A DNA stretch of 64,000 nt from the NCBI GenBank assembly GCA_965644295.1, contig CBFFRP010000036.1, positions 1 to 64,000 on the forward strand, written 5' to 3'. The notes beneath the pieces were generated by a model. It had not been told where the DNA came from. It saw nothing but the letters and a program-made list of their open reading frames with translations, and did not search any database. Shown in pieces: positions 1-10,412 of this stretch. The DNA is from Paraphysomonas bandaiensis (Eukaryota > Protista > Chrysophyceae). Within the stretch, counting starts at the first letter, position 1, and every line of letters begins with the position of its first letter. Position numbers and translations under genes: made by a program.

Positions 1-1025
1 ACCCCAGCTGGATTCCTACAGTGGCACATGTATTGAATTCTGAAGTATCATCTGAAACGGGACATTCGCCTTTTGAGTTAACATTTGGTTCTGAGAGTGA
101 GAGGTATAACAATATGGGAAGGGATGAAGTACCAGAGAAAGCCCATGCCAGACTACATAAACTCAATGATAATCTAGCTCTGTTGCAACGCAGTTCGAGA
201 GAATATCAAGATAAGTTGAAGGCCAAACGTTTCAGTAAAGGCATATCTCCTCAGCGACAGAATCAGTATCAGCCGGGCGACTTTGTTTTATTTGACAAAG
301 GGGCCAAGGTTTACCCTAAAATGTCTCATAGATACCTAGGACCATTTCAGGTTATATCGCAATATAAGAATGATATTGACTGCAAACATTTGGTGACCGG
401 AGTTGTAACAAAAGTAGATGTACGGGATGTAAAATTATATCCCGGAGACAGGGAACAAGCCTATAAAATGGCTATGCGAGATCATGATCAGCATGAGATC
501 GACACTATTTTATATTACACTGGAGACAGAGAACGGCGTTCAACAATGTTGTTTACAGTACGTTTCAAGGATGGAGATATCAGAGAGCTACCTTACAGCC
601 AGGATTTATTTGATTCCATAGCCTATGAGGAATTCTGTAGCAGCAAGCCTTATCTACATCATCTTATTTATACCACGGATGGGGCCGCCAAATATATCAG
701 TGAGAAGAGGAAGCAGTCAATAACTACGGTTCAACCGGGTGACGAGGTGTATGTAGATATCAGAGTATTCGGAGATGACTGGTATGATGCCCTACAACTA
801 CCAGATTCGCCCACTGTTACATATGTGATGCAATTTATGCTCACTCACTGGTATCATAAAACCAGCAAGAAGCTAATTTCTGTCAAGAATCCCATGACCA
901 AAGCCACATACAGATTTGATAACTACCATGTGAAATGTTTTGTACATCGCGACTTCGATCCGACAACTATGGTACTGATAGATTCCGACTTTGCGCTACG
1001 TTTTCCCCAAGTCCATCAACATTAA
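1..1025 (+). CDS. Gypsy Pol C-terminus (end of integrase core, GPF motif, chromo-like domain, extra C-terminal domain); 5'-truncated by window edge
   Basis: SETGHSPFELTFG, YQPGDFVL...YLGPFQV, HEIDTILYY...FTVRFKDG; colinear paralogue of the last ~330 aa of ORF 2220-4868. Confidence 0.9.
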   Translation, partial: PSWIPTVAHVLNSEVSSETGHSPFELTFGSESERYNNMGRDEVPEKAHARLHKLNDNLALLQRSSREYQDKLKAKRFSKGISPQRQNQYQPGDFVLFDKGAKVYPKMSHRYLGPFQVISQYKNDIDCKHLVTGVVTKVDVRDVKLYPGDREQAYKMAMRDHDQHEIDTILYYTGDRERRSTMLFTVRFKDGDIRELPYSQDLFDSIAYEEFCSSKPYLHHLIYTTDGAAKYISEKRKQSITTVQPGDEVYVDIRVFGDDWYDALQLPDSPTVTYVMQFMLTHWYHKTSKKLISVKNPMTKATYRFDNYHVKCFVHRDFDPTTMVLIDSDFALRFPQVHQH

Positions 1026-1063
1026 TTTTGACTTAGTTTTATACTGAGTTATATATTATTATC

Positions 1064-1099
1064 GAAAAAAAAAAAAAAAAAAAAAGAGAGGGAAAAAGG
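1064..1099 (+). promoter_or_regulatory. Polypurine tract of element 1 (A21-GAGAGGGAAAAAGG)
   Basis: Pure purine run between the pol stop and the TG that starts the LTR, with a 3-nt spacer. Confidence 0.8.
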
Positions 1100-1102
1100 T
1101 AG

Positions 1103-2228
1103 TGTAACCCTGGGGGTTTATATAGTAGCAAGTGTAGTAGTGAAATAGGGTATTCAACAACAAGAAGAGAGTCAACAACAGAAGAAGGACAGCAAACAGT
1201 ACAAGATAATTATTTACGAAGGAAGTGCAAACATCTAGCCACGAGTCACGGAATTACAACAAGCCATTCACACTGAAGTGCATACTTGCGGCTACTCTAG
1301 GCAGTTATTAATATCACGACACTCAAAACACGTTACCCAGTATCTCTACTACTTGCAATACATGTGAAGCCAGCCGACTGCACCTGTTGTTTTACGACGT
1401 AGAAGCAATAAGGGCAATGGAGAGAGACTTAGGTAGCATCAACGTGATGTACACACAATTCTCTCTGCATCATCCTCAGAACAGCATAAGAAGGGATCTT
1501 CAGATGTTGCTAGTACATCCTGAACATAAATGTCTCAAGTTAAGTGCAGAACTATGGATGTACACAGCCCAATACCTCTGTGAGCTGCATTTTCATGATG
1601 GTGCTCTGGATGTGGAGATGAGCAGGAGTTAGGACCATTCAAGAGCATACTATAGACGCTATGCATGGTGATGCTGCTAAGCAGGCATAGTGGGTGGCTA
1701 TTATGGCAAGCGTGTGGCTTAAAGAGGAATATATGGAGAGAGTAAAGATGCAATAAGTTTTATATGAGTTTAGGGAGTATGATAAGAGCAGTAGACTATC
1801 AGCGAATACGGTATCACGTTACTCATTTTAGTTAGCTGTTTTTCAGTTTTATCACTATGGTTTTATTTCAGTTTTATGCGCAGTTATTCAGTTTCATACG
1901 CTGTTATTCAGTTTTGTTTTATTGTCATAATACGTGTGGTATACACGGTGTATGCAAGAATGCATGCGGTGTGGTGTGTGTGATATAAAATGAACTTGGT
2001 TCATTCTGTAGATGCGTACCATTCTATATGTTATTCCTTGCATGTCATTGTTTTAAGTTACTTGACACTGTCTTAACAGCGACCTTTATTCTTAGAGGGA
2101 ATACTGCGCGGCGTTATCTAGCGGATATCGTTGACCGTGTTAGGTGATTTAACAGTAATAATAAGTGTTTACTCATACCTTATTATACATTTTGTTGGGA
2201 GCAAACCAGCAAGTCTGGTTTGTGTACA
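1103..2228 (+). repeat. 3' LTR of element 1 (1126 bp)
   Basis: TG...CA with TGTA/TACA termini, follows the PPT, length close to LTR of element 2; the partner LTR lies outside the window. Confidence 0.75.
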
Positions 2229-4868
2229 AGGGAAATATTTGAAGATTTTTCTGACTGGGCCATTGTAATATTTGACAACATGTTGATATTGGCCAACGAC
2301 CCTCAAGATGCGTATCAGAAATTTGAGAAAGTGATTGACAGATGCATCGAGAGGAATCTCAAACTGAAAATGCCAAAGAGTTGGCTTGGATTTAGAAAAG
2401 TAGACTTCTTCGGATACGTATGCAGACACAAATCCTATGAAGTCAATCCTGAGAAGAAGGAAGCCCTAGGCAAAATCCCAATGCCTACCAACACCAAACA
2501 AGCGAGGTCTCTGCTTGGCAAGGGCGTGTTCTTTTCCAGTTTTACCCCTAGATATTCAGACTTGGTTGCTCATCTCACAGATTTGACCAAATCGAAATTC
2601 AATTGGGACAAGACTACGTGGCGGCACGATTATGAGGCTGAATATCGTCGCTTCATAAAAGGCCTGCAAGATTCCTGCGAATTGTTCTACCCAGACTACA
2701 ATTTGGAGTGGACACTGCGTACTGACGCTAGTGAGCTAGGAATCGGCTCGGTGCTTCTGCAGAAAAAGATTCTCGCAGATGGAACAGAGCAGTTGCAACC
2801 CATTGCCTTCCTGTCAAAGAAGTTTTCAGCTCAGGCTCAGAAATGGGCTACGATAGAGCAAGAAGCTTATGGTATTTACTACAGTGTCAAGCACTTAGCG
2901 TACTATTTGATTGGGAAGCAGTTCACTATAGAGACTGACCACAATAATCTCTTGTGGATGGAGTCGTCTGAAGTACCTAAGATCACAAGATGGAGAATTT
3001 TCTTGCAATCTTTCAACTTCAACATTAAACACATATCGGGTGCCAAGAATTGGTTAGCCGATTGGTTATCTCGGGAGCATCAAGTTGCGGCGTTGTCCGG
3101 TATATTCTTAGACGAAGACTATGCCGATGCCTACTTCCTTGGAGAGGACTGCACTGAGGATGAATTTTTTACCTTCTTGGGCAATTTTATGAACCCAGAA
3201 GACAGGGAAGTATCTCCTCATGCGCAAAGTTCAGTCACTCCCGAGGATGCCTTGCAACAAGTACATAATGCCCGAGTTGGACATCTCGGTGGGCGAGCCA
3301 CTTGGATTCGACTTAATAAGCAATTCCCCGGCCATGGAATTCCTTACAAAGTAGTCGAAGACTTCATTGCGAAGTGTCCAAACTGTGTTAAGACTAGATT
3401 GGCGATGAAAGAAGCGCTGATCCCTATAGTCCGAAACCTTAAGCCTCCGAGCGCTCGGAGTGCTATTGGTATTGATGCGGTAGAAATCACACCCCATGGT
3501 GCTGATGGATACACGCACATTAATGTCGTAGTCAACCTGTTCACCAAGTTAGTTTATCTTGAGCCAGTCAAAGGAGTGACTGCCCTCAACTTGGCAAACA
3601 CGGTATGGAAGTATTGGAGTTACTACGGACACACTGATCTTATCATCTCAGATCAGGGTTCTGACCTAACTTCCGATCTTTTCAAACAACTGACTGAATA
3701 TATGGGCGTCCGACACACCTTCAGCATAGCCAACAGGCATGCTAATGGTTGTGAACGCATCATCGGTGAGGTGGTCCGACATTTGCGTGCCCTAGTATAT
3801 GAAAACAGCAAGCGTGTAGAACGAAAGGATGTTTTTGAGGATCCCAGCTGGATACCCAGCGCTCAATACATTCTGAATTCAGAAGTCTCATCCGAGACGG
3901 GGTACTCACCCTTTGAGCTCACTTTTGGCTCTAATGATCTGGAATATTTAACTATGAATATACAGACTTTGCCTGAGCGTGCACACGCCAGACTGACTGC
4001 TCTTAATGAACAGTTAGAAGGCCTACGGGCGGCTTCCAAAACTTACCAGCAGCAGTTAGCGAGTGAACGTGCTGGGGAGGGAGTTCACCCGGACAAGCAG
4101 AACCGATATCAACCGGGCGACTTCATTTTATTTGACAAAGGCGCCAAGGTTCATCCCAAGATGTCACATCGATACATGGGACCTTTTGTTGTTAAGACCC
4201 AGTACAAAAATGACATTGATTGTCAGCACCTTGCTACAGGGCAAGTGGTACGTGTTTCAGTGACAGACGTCAAACTGTTTCCAGGTGATAGAGAAACTGC
4301 GTACAGCATGGCTCTACGAGACCAGGATCAGCATGTCATTGACAAGATTCTCTACTATCGGGGTGACAGAGAGTCACGCTCCACTTTGATTTTTACTGTG
4401 AGATTTCAGGATGGTGATGTCAGAGAAGTGCCTTATAGCAAGGACCTTTTTGACTCAGTGCCTTACGCGGACTTTTGTTCCAGCAAACGGTACCTCTACC
4501 ACCTGATTTATCCAGCGGAGGGTGCCAAGAAATATATCTCGGACATCCGACGCCAGTCTATCACTCAGTTCAAACCCGGTGACCATGCATATGTTGACCT
4601 ACGCATTTATGGCGACGTATGGTACGACGGACTGCAGTTACCAGACTCCCACTTACTGACCTATGTAGCTCCGATCCAGTTCACACACTGGTATCATCGA
4701 AGCTCTAGGAGAGTATTATCCGTCAAGGATCTTCTCACTCTCCGCACTTACCGTTATGACAACTACCTCGTGCATTGTTTCGTTCACCCTGAACTAGACA
4801 CTAGCACTATGGTACTAGTCGACAAGGACTTGGCTACACGCTACCCTCAAGTCCTTGAGTCCGTTTAG
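2229..4868 (+). CDS. Gypsy Pol: RT C-half, RNase H, integrase (HHCC + DDE + GPF), chromo-like and extra C-terminal domains; 5' end cut by nested insertion
   Basis: VIFDNMLIL/VDFFGY (RT); TDASELGIG, EQEAYG, ETDH, ADWLSR (RNase H); H..GH...CPNC; IGID/ISDQGS/NGCER (DDE); YMGPF. No stops over 2.6 kb. Confidence 0.92.
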   Translation, partial: REIFEDFSDWAIVIFDNMLILANDPQDAYQKFEKVIDRCIERNLKLKMPKSWLGFRKVDFFGYVCRHKSYEVNPEKKEALGKIPMPTNTKQARSLLGKGVFFSSFTPRYSDLVAHLTDLTKSKFNWDKTTWRHDYEAEYRRFIKGLQDSCELFYPDYNLEWTLRTDASELGIGSVLLQKKILADGTEQLQPIAFLSKKFSAQAQKWATIEQEAYGIYYSVKHLAYYLIGKQFTIETDHNNLLWMESSEVPKITRWRIFLQSFNFNIKHISGAKNWLADWLSREHQVAALSGIFLDEDYADAYFLGEDCTEDEFFTFLGNFMNPEDREVSPHAQSSVTPEDALQQVHNARVGHLGGRATWIRLNKQFPGHGIPYKVVEDFIAKCPNCVKTRLAMKEALIPIVRNLKPPSARSAIGIDAVEITPHGADGYTHINVVVNLFTKLVYLEPVKGVTALNLANTVWKYWSYYGHTDLIISDQGSDLTSDLFKQLTEYMGVRHTFSIANRHANGCERIIGEVVRHLRALVYENSKRVERKDVFEDPSWIPSAQYILNSEVSSETGYSPFELTFGSNDLEYLTMNIQTLPERAHARLTALNEQLEGLRAASKTYQQQLASERAGEGVHPDKQNRYQPGDFILFDKGAKVHPKMSHRYMGPFVVKTQYKNDIDCQHLATGQVVRVSVTDVKLFPGDRETAYSMALRDQDQHVIDKILYYRGDRESRSTLIFTVRFQDGDVREVPYSKDLFDSVPYADFCSSKRYLYHLIYPAEGAKKYISDIRRQSITQFKPGDHAYVDLRIYGDVWYDGLQLPDSHLLTYVAPIQFTHWYHRSSRRVLSVKDLLTLRTYRYDNYLVHCFVHPELDTSTMVLVDKDLATRYPQVLESV

Positions 4869-5020
4869 AGCACGGGACCAATCAACTTACACGCGATCTT
4901 CCAACTCCAACGCTCCTCTGCTGCACCTTCGTTTTGATGGCTAATTTTTAGTTCCGTTGAAATTTGTGGGCCGCAGAGTGACGCCCGTCTTCATCATTTC
5001 GCATAATACTTATATCAAAC

Positions 5021-5040
5021 AAAAAAAAAGGGAGGCGGGG
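5021..5040 (+). promoter_or_regulatory. Polypurine tract of element 2
   Basis: AAAAAAAAAGGGAGGCGGGG, 3 nt before TGTGAC. Confidence 0.8.
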
Positions 5041-5043
5041 CAA

Positions 5044-6193
5044 TGTGACCACGTGGCATTTCACATGCCTCAGTCACGTGTCTATAGTAAGTGCAAAACT
5101 ACTAACTACGGGATGAAGACAGAGACGATAGAAGTATCAGAAACATATCATTATTACGCTACAGATTACTGAAGAACTAGCACTAGGACAGGAGGTACAA
5201 TTTCCCATAATCTGCCAACAGCTCTTCGCCGGCCGCAACTGCCCGAGTGGTCTGCACCCAGACCACGTCCAAGCCGGACTCATCTACTACAAATTCGCAG
5301 TTGAAGCGCCAGCCAGCAGCATGGTCAGAAGGATACACCGTGTTTATATACCTACCATGATTATGAGGCACCCGGGCCAAATAAGCTTGGGACCCCAGCG
5401 GCCAAAGGTAACCTATGTCCCGAGTGTCCCACACCTCTGGTAGAAGTCCAACACGCACTGGCAGACTTCACCTCTTGCATCATACGATGACGAGTGCAAG
5501 TAAGGAACAACTTTGCACAGTTGCCTATGTGCATCAAGTTGTCCCTCGGGGCATCGAACGGAGCGTTCCCACATACGCCTAGCAGCAGCCCTTTCACGGT
5601 AGGCATACCGATACCGATGGGACCTACGTAATAGAGAGCCCCGTCCCCTACGATTGCGAGGTTTAGGCTTAGTGGAGACCGCTGCTGGATCTGTAGTGGC
5701 AGACATTGTTTATGCAGCAATGGATATGATGTATGTATCTGATGTGGACATTGGTTCTTAGTCTGAGATAGTAGATGTAGAAAAAGCATCATACGGTATG
5801 CTGCACACTCACATACATGTTGGTCCATTGTAATACAGTAGCAGTACTCTGAATACGCAGTATTCAACGGCTAATTTACAAACTGGCGAGTGTGGTGTGT
5901 GGTGTCATCGCGAGTGTGGTGTGTTGTGCTGGTTCTATGTTGCATTGCTTTACAGCTCAGTGTTTTTGTTAAGTGTTGTTCTGTTTGTACACTAGTGTTC
6001 TGACTTCACTGGAGGTGGGGTTTGCGCGGTGATTCTTGGAGGGAGTCACTAGTACAAGCTTGCAACGCTTGACATACTGTTTAGAGTAATAATCATCCTG
6101 TTCTCCTGCAATCAGACGTACATATAGCTCTGGTTAACTCATTGTGTTTGTTTCTGCTGCACAGCCTTGGTTATCAAACCTGGCTGTGTCACA
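5044..6193 (+). repeat. 3' LTR of element 2 (1150 bp)
   Basis: TGTGAC...GTCACA perfect 6-bp inverted termini, immediately after the PPT. Confidence 0.8.
5183..5458 (-). CDS. SET-domain C-terminal half, encoded antisense inside the LTR (partial or frameshifted)
   Basis: GYLW..NHGRYINT....FNCEF...VWVQTTRAVAAGEELLADYG matches the SET signature RxINH / N / ELxxDYG. Confidence 0.75.
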   Translation of the reverse strand: MRVGLLPEVWDTRDIGYLWPLGSQAYLARVPHNHGRYINTVYPSDHAAGWRFNCEFVVDESGLDVVWVQTTRAVAAGEELLADYGKLYLLS

Positions 6194-6287
6194 ATATTGT
6201 TATTTATAATTTTCACTCTATCGTGTTCATTACTTACACTCTAATAATCACAACATTGTTTTACTATTATAAAGATCAATTCTTTAT

Positions 6288-6690
6288 TCATCCGGGAATG
6301 GGCCAACGTTAAAAGCATACGGCGTATTGGGCTGCCTGCTGAAGTTAAGCCTCCGGGCTGTTCACCTTAAGGACTCAACAACCCTGAAGGCAGCTAATGT
6401 CAGGTATATGAACATACTGCTTGCTCACTGCGTTTGCTTCAGCGCCTGGTAACCGTTAATGGTAATGGCATTAATGGCCCATTATAATTGCCGGTAACTG
6501 GACTACCATTAATGGTTACCAGGCTCTGGTTTGCTTTGAGTAATAAAGCGAAAGTAGTTGCACCATTGTGCTTGCGTGCTTCCGGTGATGCACAAGCAGC
6601 CTTCGTAGCGTTGAAAAGTATGATATCAAAGTTAAGCACAAGTTAATTAAGTTGTTTTGCTACATTAGTTCTGAAAGCAGACATTCTCCA
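6288..6690 (-). repeat. Dispersed non-autonomous TIR-element family, copy E (partial)
   Basis: Reverse complement contains TCAGAACTAATGTAGC, CAACGCTACGAAGGCTGCTTGTG, GTCCTTAAGGTGAACAGCCCGG and GGCCCATTCCCGGATG, shared with the other copies. Confidence 0.8.
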
Positions 6691-7130
6691 CCAATGTTTG
6701 CAAGAGGAAGTGGATTATTGCAATTATTATTCTTGGCGACCTATCACCAAGGAGTATGTGTATATATAGATATTATAGACTCTGTGTTCGTCATTCGTCA
6801 GTATTACATGACACGTAATCTCTCAAGGAGAAAGCCCCATTGAAGTTTGGGGGAAAAAAGCTTGCCCCTCTCTCCCTCCCTCGTTCGTTATGGTACTTGT
6901 CACTACTATACTACAGGCCTGCGTAACCATTATTGGGATAGAGTTTGCACTCCAAACCAGCAAACAATATACAATAATCAAAATATTAAATTAGTTTTCG
7001 CAGTGGTAAAAGCACAGCATATTTCACATCTAAGTAAAGTATGCACCTGCGTGCTAATTTACAACGCAACTTGTTATCACAAGTGATCTACGACATAAAC
7101 ACTACGTCCATGTACACATCACCCCACCAT

Positions 7131-10100
7131 TCAAACATCTTCTCTGATACTGTAGGGTTCTCCGATATGAGCACTACGTCGATTCGTCAATAAAGCCTCA
7201 TGAAGAGTACCTACACTACGATCTGCAGTAAAAATAGCAGATGATCTCCTCATATCTGCGGTCACTAATGAGCTCCTCCGCTCTTCAGGAAGGGTGCGCA
7301 ACATATCCCGTAGCGTCCCACTTGGTCGCGCACTGTATCCCCTAAACTCACTTTCTGCTCGTTTTGTCGACAACATATCCTTTTCTTTATGTAGTGGCGA
7401 TTCCGTCTGTTCACCATTCAAAAGTATTTCGAGTGAGGCCATGCGCATGGTACTCAACATCTCGGAAGCTGAAATCTGACGAGTCCGGTCTGTAGATGGA
7501 GACACAACGGAAGAAACCATTTCTGATCCTCGTTCTACGGACAAACTGGAACTACTAGCACCTTTCTTTGAAAAACCAGCAATAAACCTCCTGTTAAAAA
7601 CATCAAGTGACTATCAGAGCACAATATTACATACAAATAAAACAATCCAAGAGCACATTGCACACATGGAACAAACTACATAAACTAATGCATAGAACTA
7701 CATGCTAACTACTCACTGCCTTCAAAGCTAACAATCAGTGCGTACTTTTATCGACCTATCAATGCCTATATAAACCAAACATAAACCACCTTGAATGTAA
7801 CTGTCGTTCAGCCTCCACTTCTGCTGCGTTTTTCATTACAATGTCCAACTCATCTTTAGCTGAACTCTCGGACAACAAACCTTCATTTTTCATACGCAAA
7901 ATTAAGTGGGCCTGCATATGAAGCATAGCAGTTGCGGCTTGATTAGTGAACAGCAGTTCCATATGTTCTTCAGGAATAAGCCTCAATGCAGATTCTGCTT
8001 TACACACCTACAATAAAAAATACATATATCAGAAAGATTATTGATATTCAGTAAAACTTTGTGTAGTATGACATAGTACACATGCGTGAAAGCAATAATA
8101 TATCACATAATCTACCAGCCGCTCAGAATCTGAAATCAAAGCGTTGACTTCGATAATATTATATTCTTCGTCACTATCCAAAGAAATGAATCTTTCAATT
8201 CTTCTCTGAGCTCGTTTATGTGCGTTGATATAACTCGTCAGAATATACATCCGACGTTTCATGTACACAGCAAGAAGTCCCGCGGATAAGGCATGAGTTG
8301 TAAAACAACTCAAAATTGGGTCAAGCACATAAGTGTACAAAAATAGCACATACGGATGTGGCTCAAGTGCCTCTTTTATCAAGTCCCAATCTGCGATGGT
8401 ATCGGAATTATGCGAATTCAACGCTGTAGTGATAGAATTTATAAGCCATTGAGCTGCGTATGAGTGTCTCGGCAGCCGCCCAACGTCAATATCATGCAGA
8501 TAGACCGAATACACACTCTCTAAATAAGTCACTCTCAGAACGCGATACATTTCTCTGTTGAATGGTCTATTCATATCTGTGAGGTATTGTATATCTTTGG
8601 TCATTTGTACATATTCTTCGTTGGCAGCAGCCAAACGGTAGTTGCTAGATATAACTTTGGAAATAGCCAAATATCCATAAGTGTCCCCACCTGAGCAGTC
8701 ATAAGTTTCAGTCAGCTCATTCGTAATCTGAAAATTCAGAAATCGCCTCACGATAACTGCCTCAGGCGAGGGCTTAGGCAAAAGGCCGCACCAATAAAGA
8801 AGCTGAAATATCCATCTCGCGGTCAGCAGCTGATTGAGAACTACAACCCCCCCACCCATAATAAGAAACTTTTTCATATCATTATCAGAAATATACCCAT
8901 CCCGACTATATTCCAACACCTCCAATATTAGTATTGTAGAAATAGCCCCCTTCATGGCTGTGCCACTTAAGAATTGTGCCTCCGACAACCCGTACAACTC
9001 GCCATGTAACCTGGATAAAAGGGGGTATGCCGTCATGACAGCTACTACCCGACTAATAGTTAAAACTACGAACAGTACTAAGATATTTAAGGCGTCAATG
9101 CCCTTAATACCAGAACGAAAGGCCTCGTCCACAATAACTAGACCAGCAATCAAAAATATGAATGTACTGCATACCCACTCCAAAGTCCCCCATACTTGTT
9201 CCATCATATCTGGTCTAAGAACCCGTTTCTTTCCAATACTAGCAAATACTACTCCTGCTGCACATGTCGCAACCACCCCACTAGTTCTAAACTCGTATTC
9301 GGACACGTAAAATGAAAAGTAGGCACATATAATTGAAATTACGATTTGGTTCGTAGTGTCATTCGATTGATACACCCGATTGGCCAGGCCCATACATTGC
9401 ACAGCCATGTATCCCGTGACTACCCCAATTAATGGAGAAACAACGAATTCTCTAATGAGTAAAGATGAAACGTTCCATGCGGAGTATGCCGATTCGCAAT
9501 CCATGATACGTGAGGCGAAAAGATGAGCAAGTACCGTCGCGGCGCCTTCAGTAAAGAGTGTTTCCCCGAGAACCAATATCGTTAAACCATGGGGGGCACG
9601 TGCAGCACGCATAACTGGTACGACAGAAAGTGGATCGTTGGCGGATAAACATGACGCGAAAAGGAAACACAAAACAGTGGTCCACGATGGCAAGAGTAGC
9701 ATCATCACACCCGTAATCGCCAATAAAGTAAAGATAACATATATAGTGCCTTGAGCAATACATCGACAGAAAATTTCTTTGAAGTCAACCCATGGAAGCT
9801 CCATTGCATCAGTAAAAGTCTGCACTATATATTATTCGCCTCACAAGATACTATGAAAGCAAGAACAAAGTACCAATACAAGCATAAAACAAAGTAAGAA
9901 TATTTTACAAAGAATTCAGAATAAACACACAAAATGGTAAATATTATAAAAATAAGATATCACAACATACCAGCACTGGTATGAAGATATACATCAGCAA
10001 CGCAGGGTTGAGATCCGTCCAGTCTTGCATTGAATCAAAAATATTTTCAAATGGAGTATCTTGTGCCACTAAAACAAAAGATATGAACTCATTCATATAT

Positions 10101-10412
10101 CTATTCAGTATATATACCATCTTCTAGAGCTATAAACAAGCCCCCACATATGATCCCCTCAATAAACATAACTACCGTGTAGGGGACATGTGTATTCAGT
10201 CTCGGTAATACATATCCAGTCACAGCCCCAAGAAATAATGCAACAGTTAAAAAAAATATAGGTTGTGGTTGTTCAGTGAGTTGTTTATGATCATCATCGT
10301 GACTGGAGTCTGCTAATCTTCTACTGGGAAATAGAGGCCCTGGACAGTGTGATGCAGAGTGTGCTATAGCCAACCATGTAGAGATGAGGAGAATGAAATG
10401 ACTGGAATGCAT
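7131..10412 (-). CDS. SOS1/NHX7-like CPA1 Na+/H+ antiporter, multi-exon
   Basis: Signal-peptide-like N-terminus, VPYTVVMF, NPALLMYIFIPVL, SANDPLSVV, GETLF, SGVVATCAAG, many TM segments; GT-AG introns near 10070-10117, 9820-9970, 8008-8115. Confidence 0.85.

Larger units (their letters stand above)
1..2228 (+). mobile_element. Ty3/gypsy LTR retrotransposon, element 1 (3' part: integrase C-terminus, PPT, 3' LTR); runs off the window start
   Basis: Integrase C-terminal ORF, then purine tract 1064-1099, then a 1126-bp segment bounded by TGTA(1103)...TACA(2228) that abuts the RT of element 2. Confidence 0.85.
2229..6193 (+). mobile_element. Ty3/gypsy LTR retrotransposon, element 2 (RT interrupted by element 1; RNase H, integrase, PPT, 3' LTR)
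   Basis: RT-RH-IN domain order, PPT 5021-5040, LTR 5044-6193. Confidence 0.9.

Noticed and set aside
1065-1085. A21 run as poly(A) tail of a LINE or retrocopy
   Set aside because: It is part of the PPT directly before TG of an LTR, and element 2 has the same arrangement
2220-2228. Start codon of the 882-aa ORF
   Set aside because: The first three codons come from the end of the inserted LTR; not a real start
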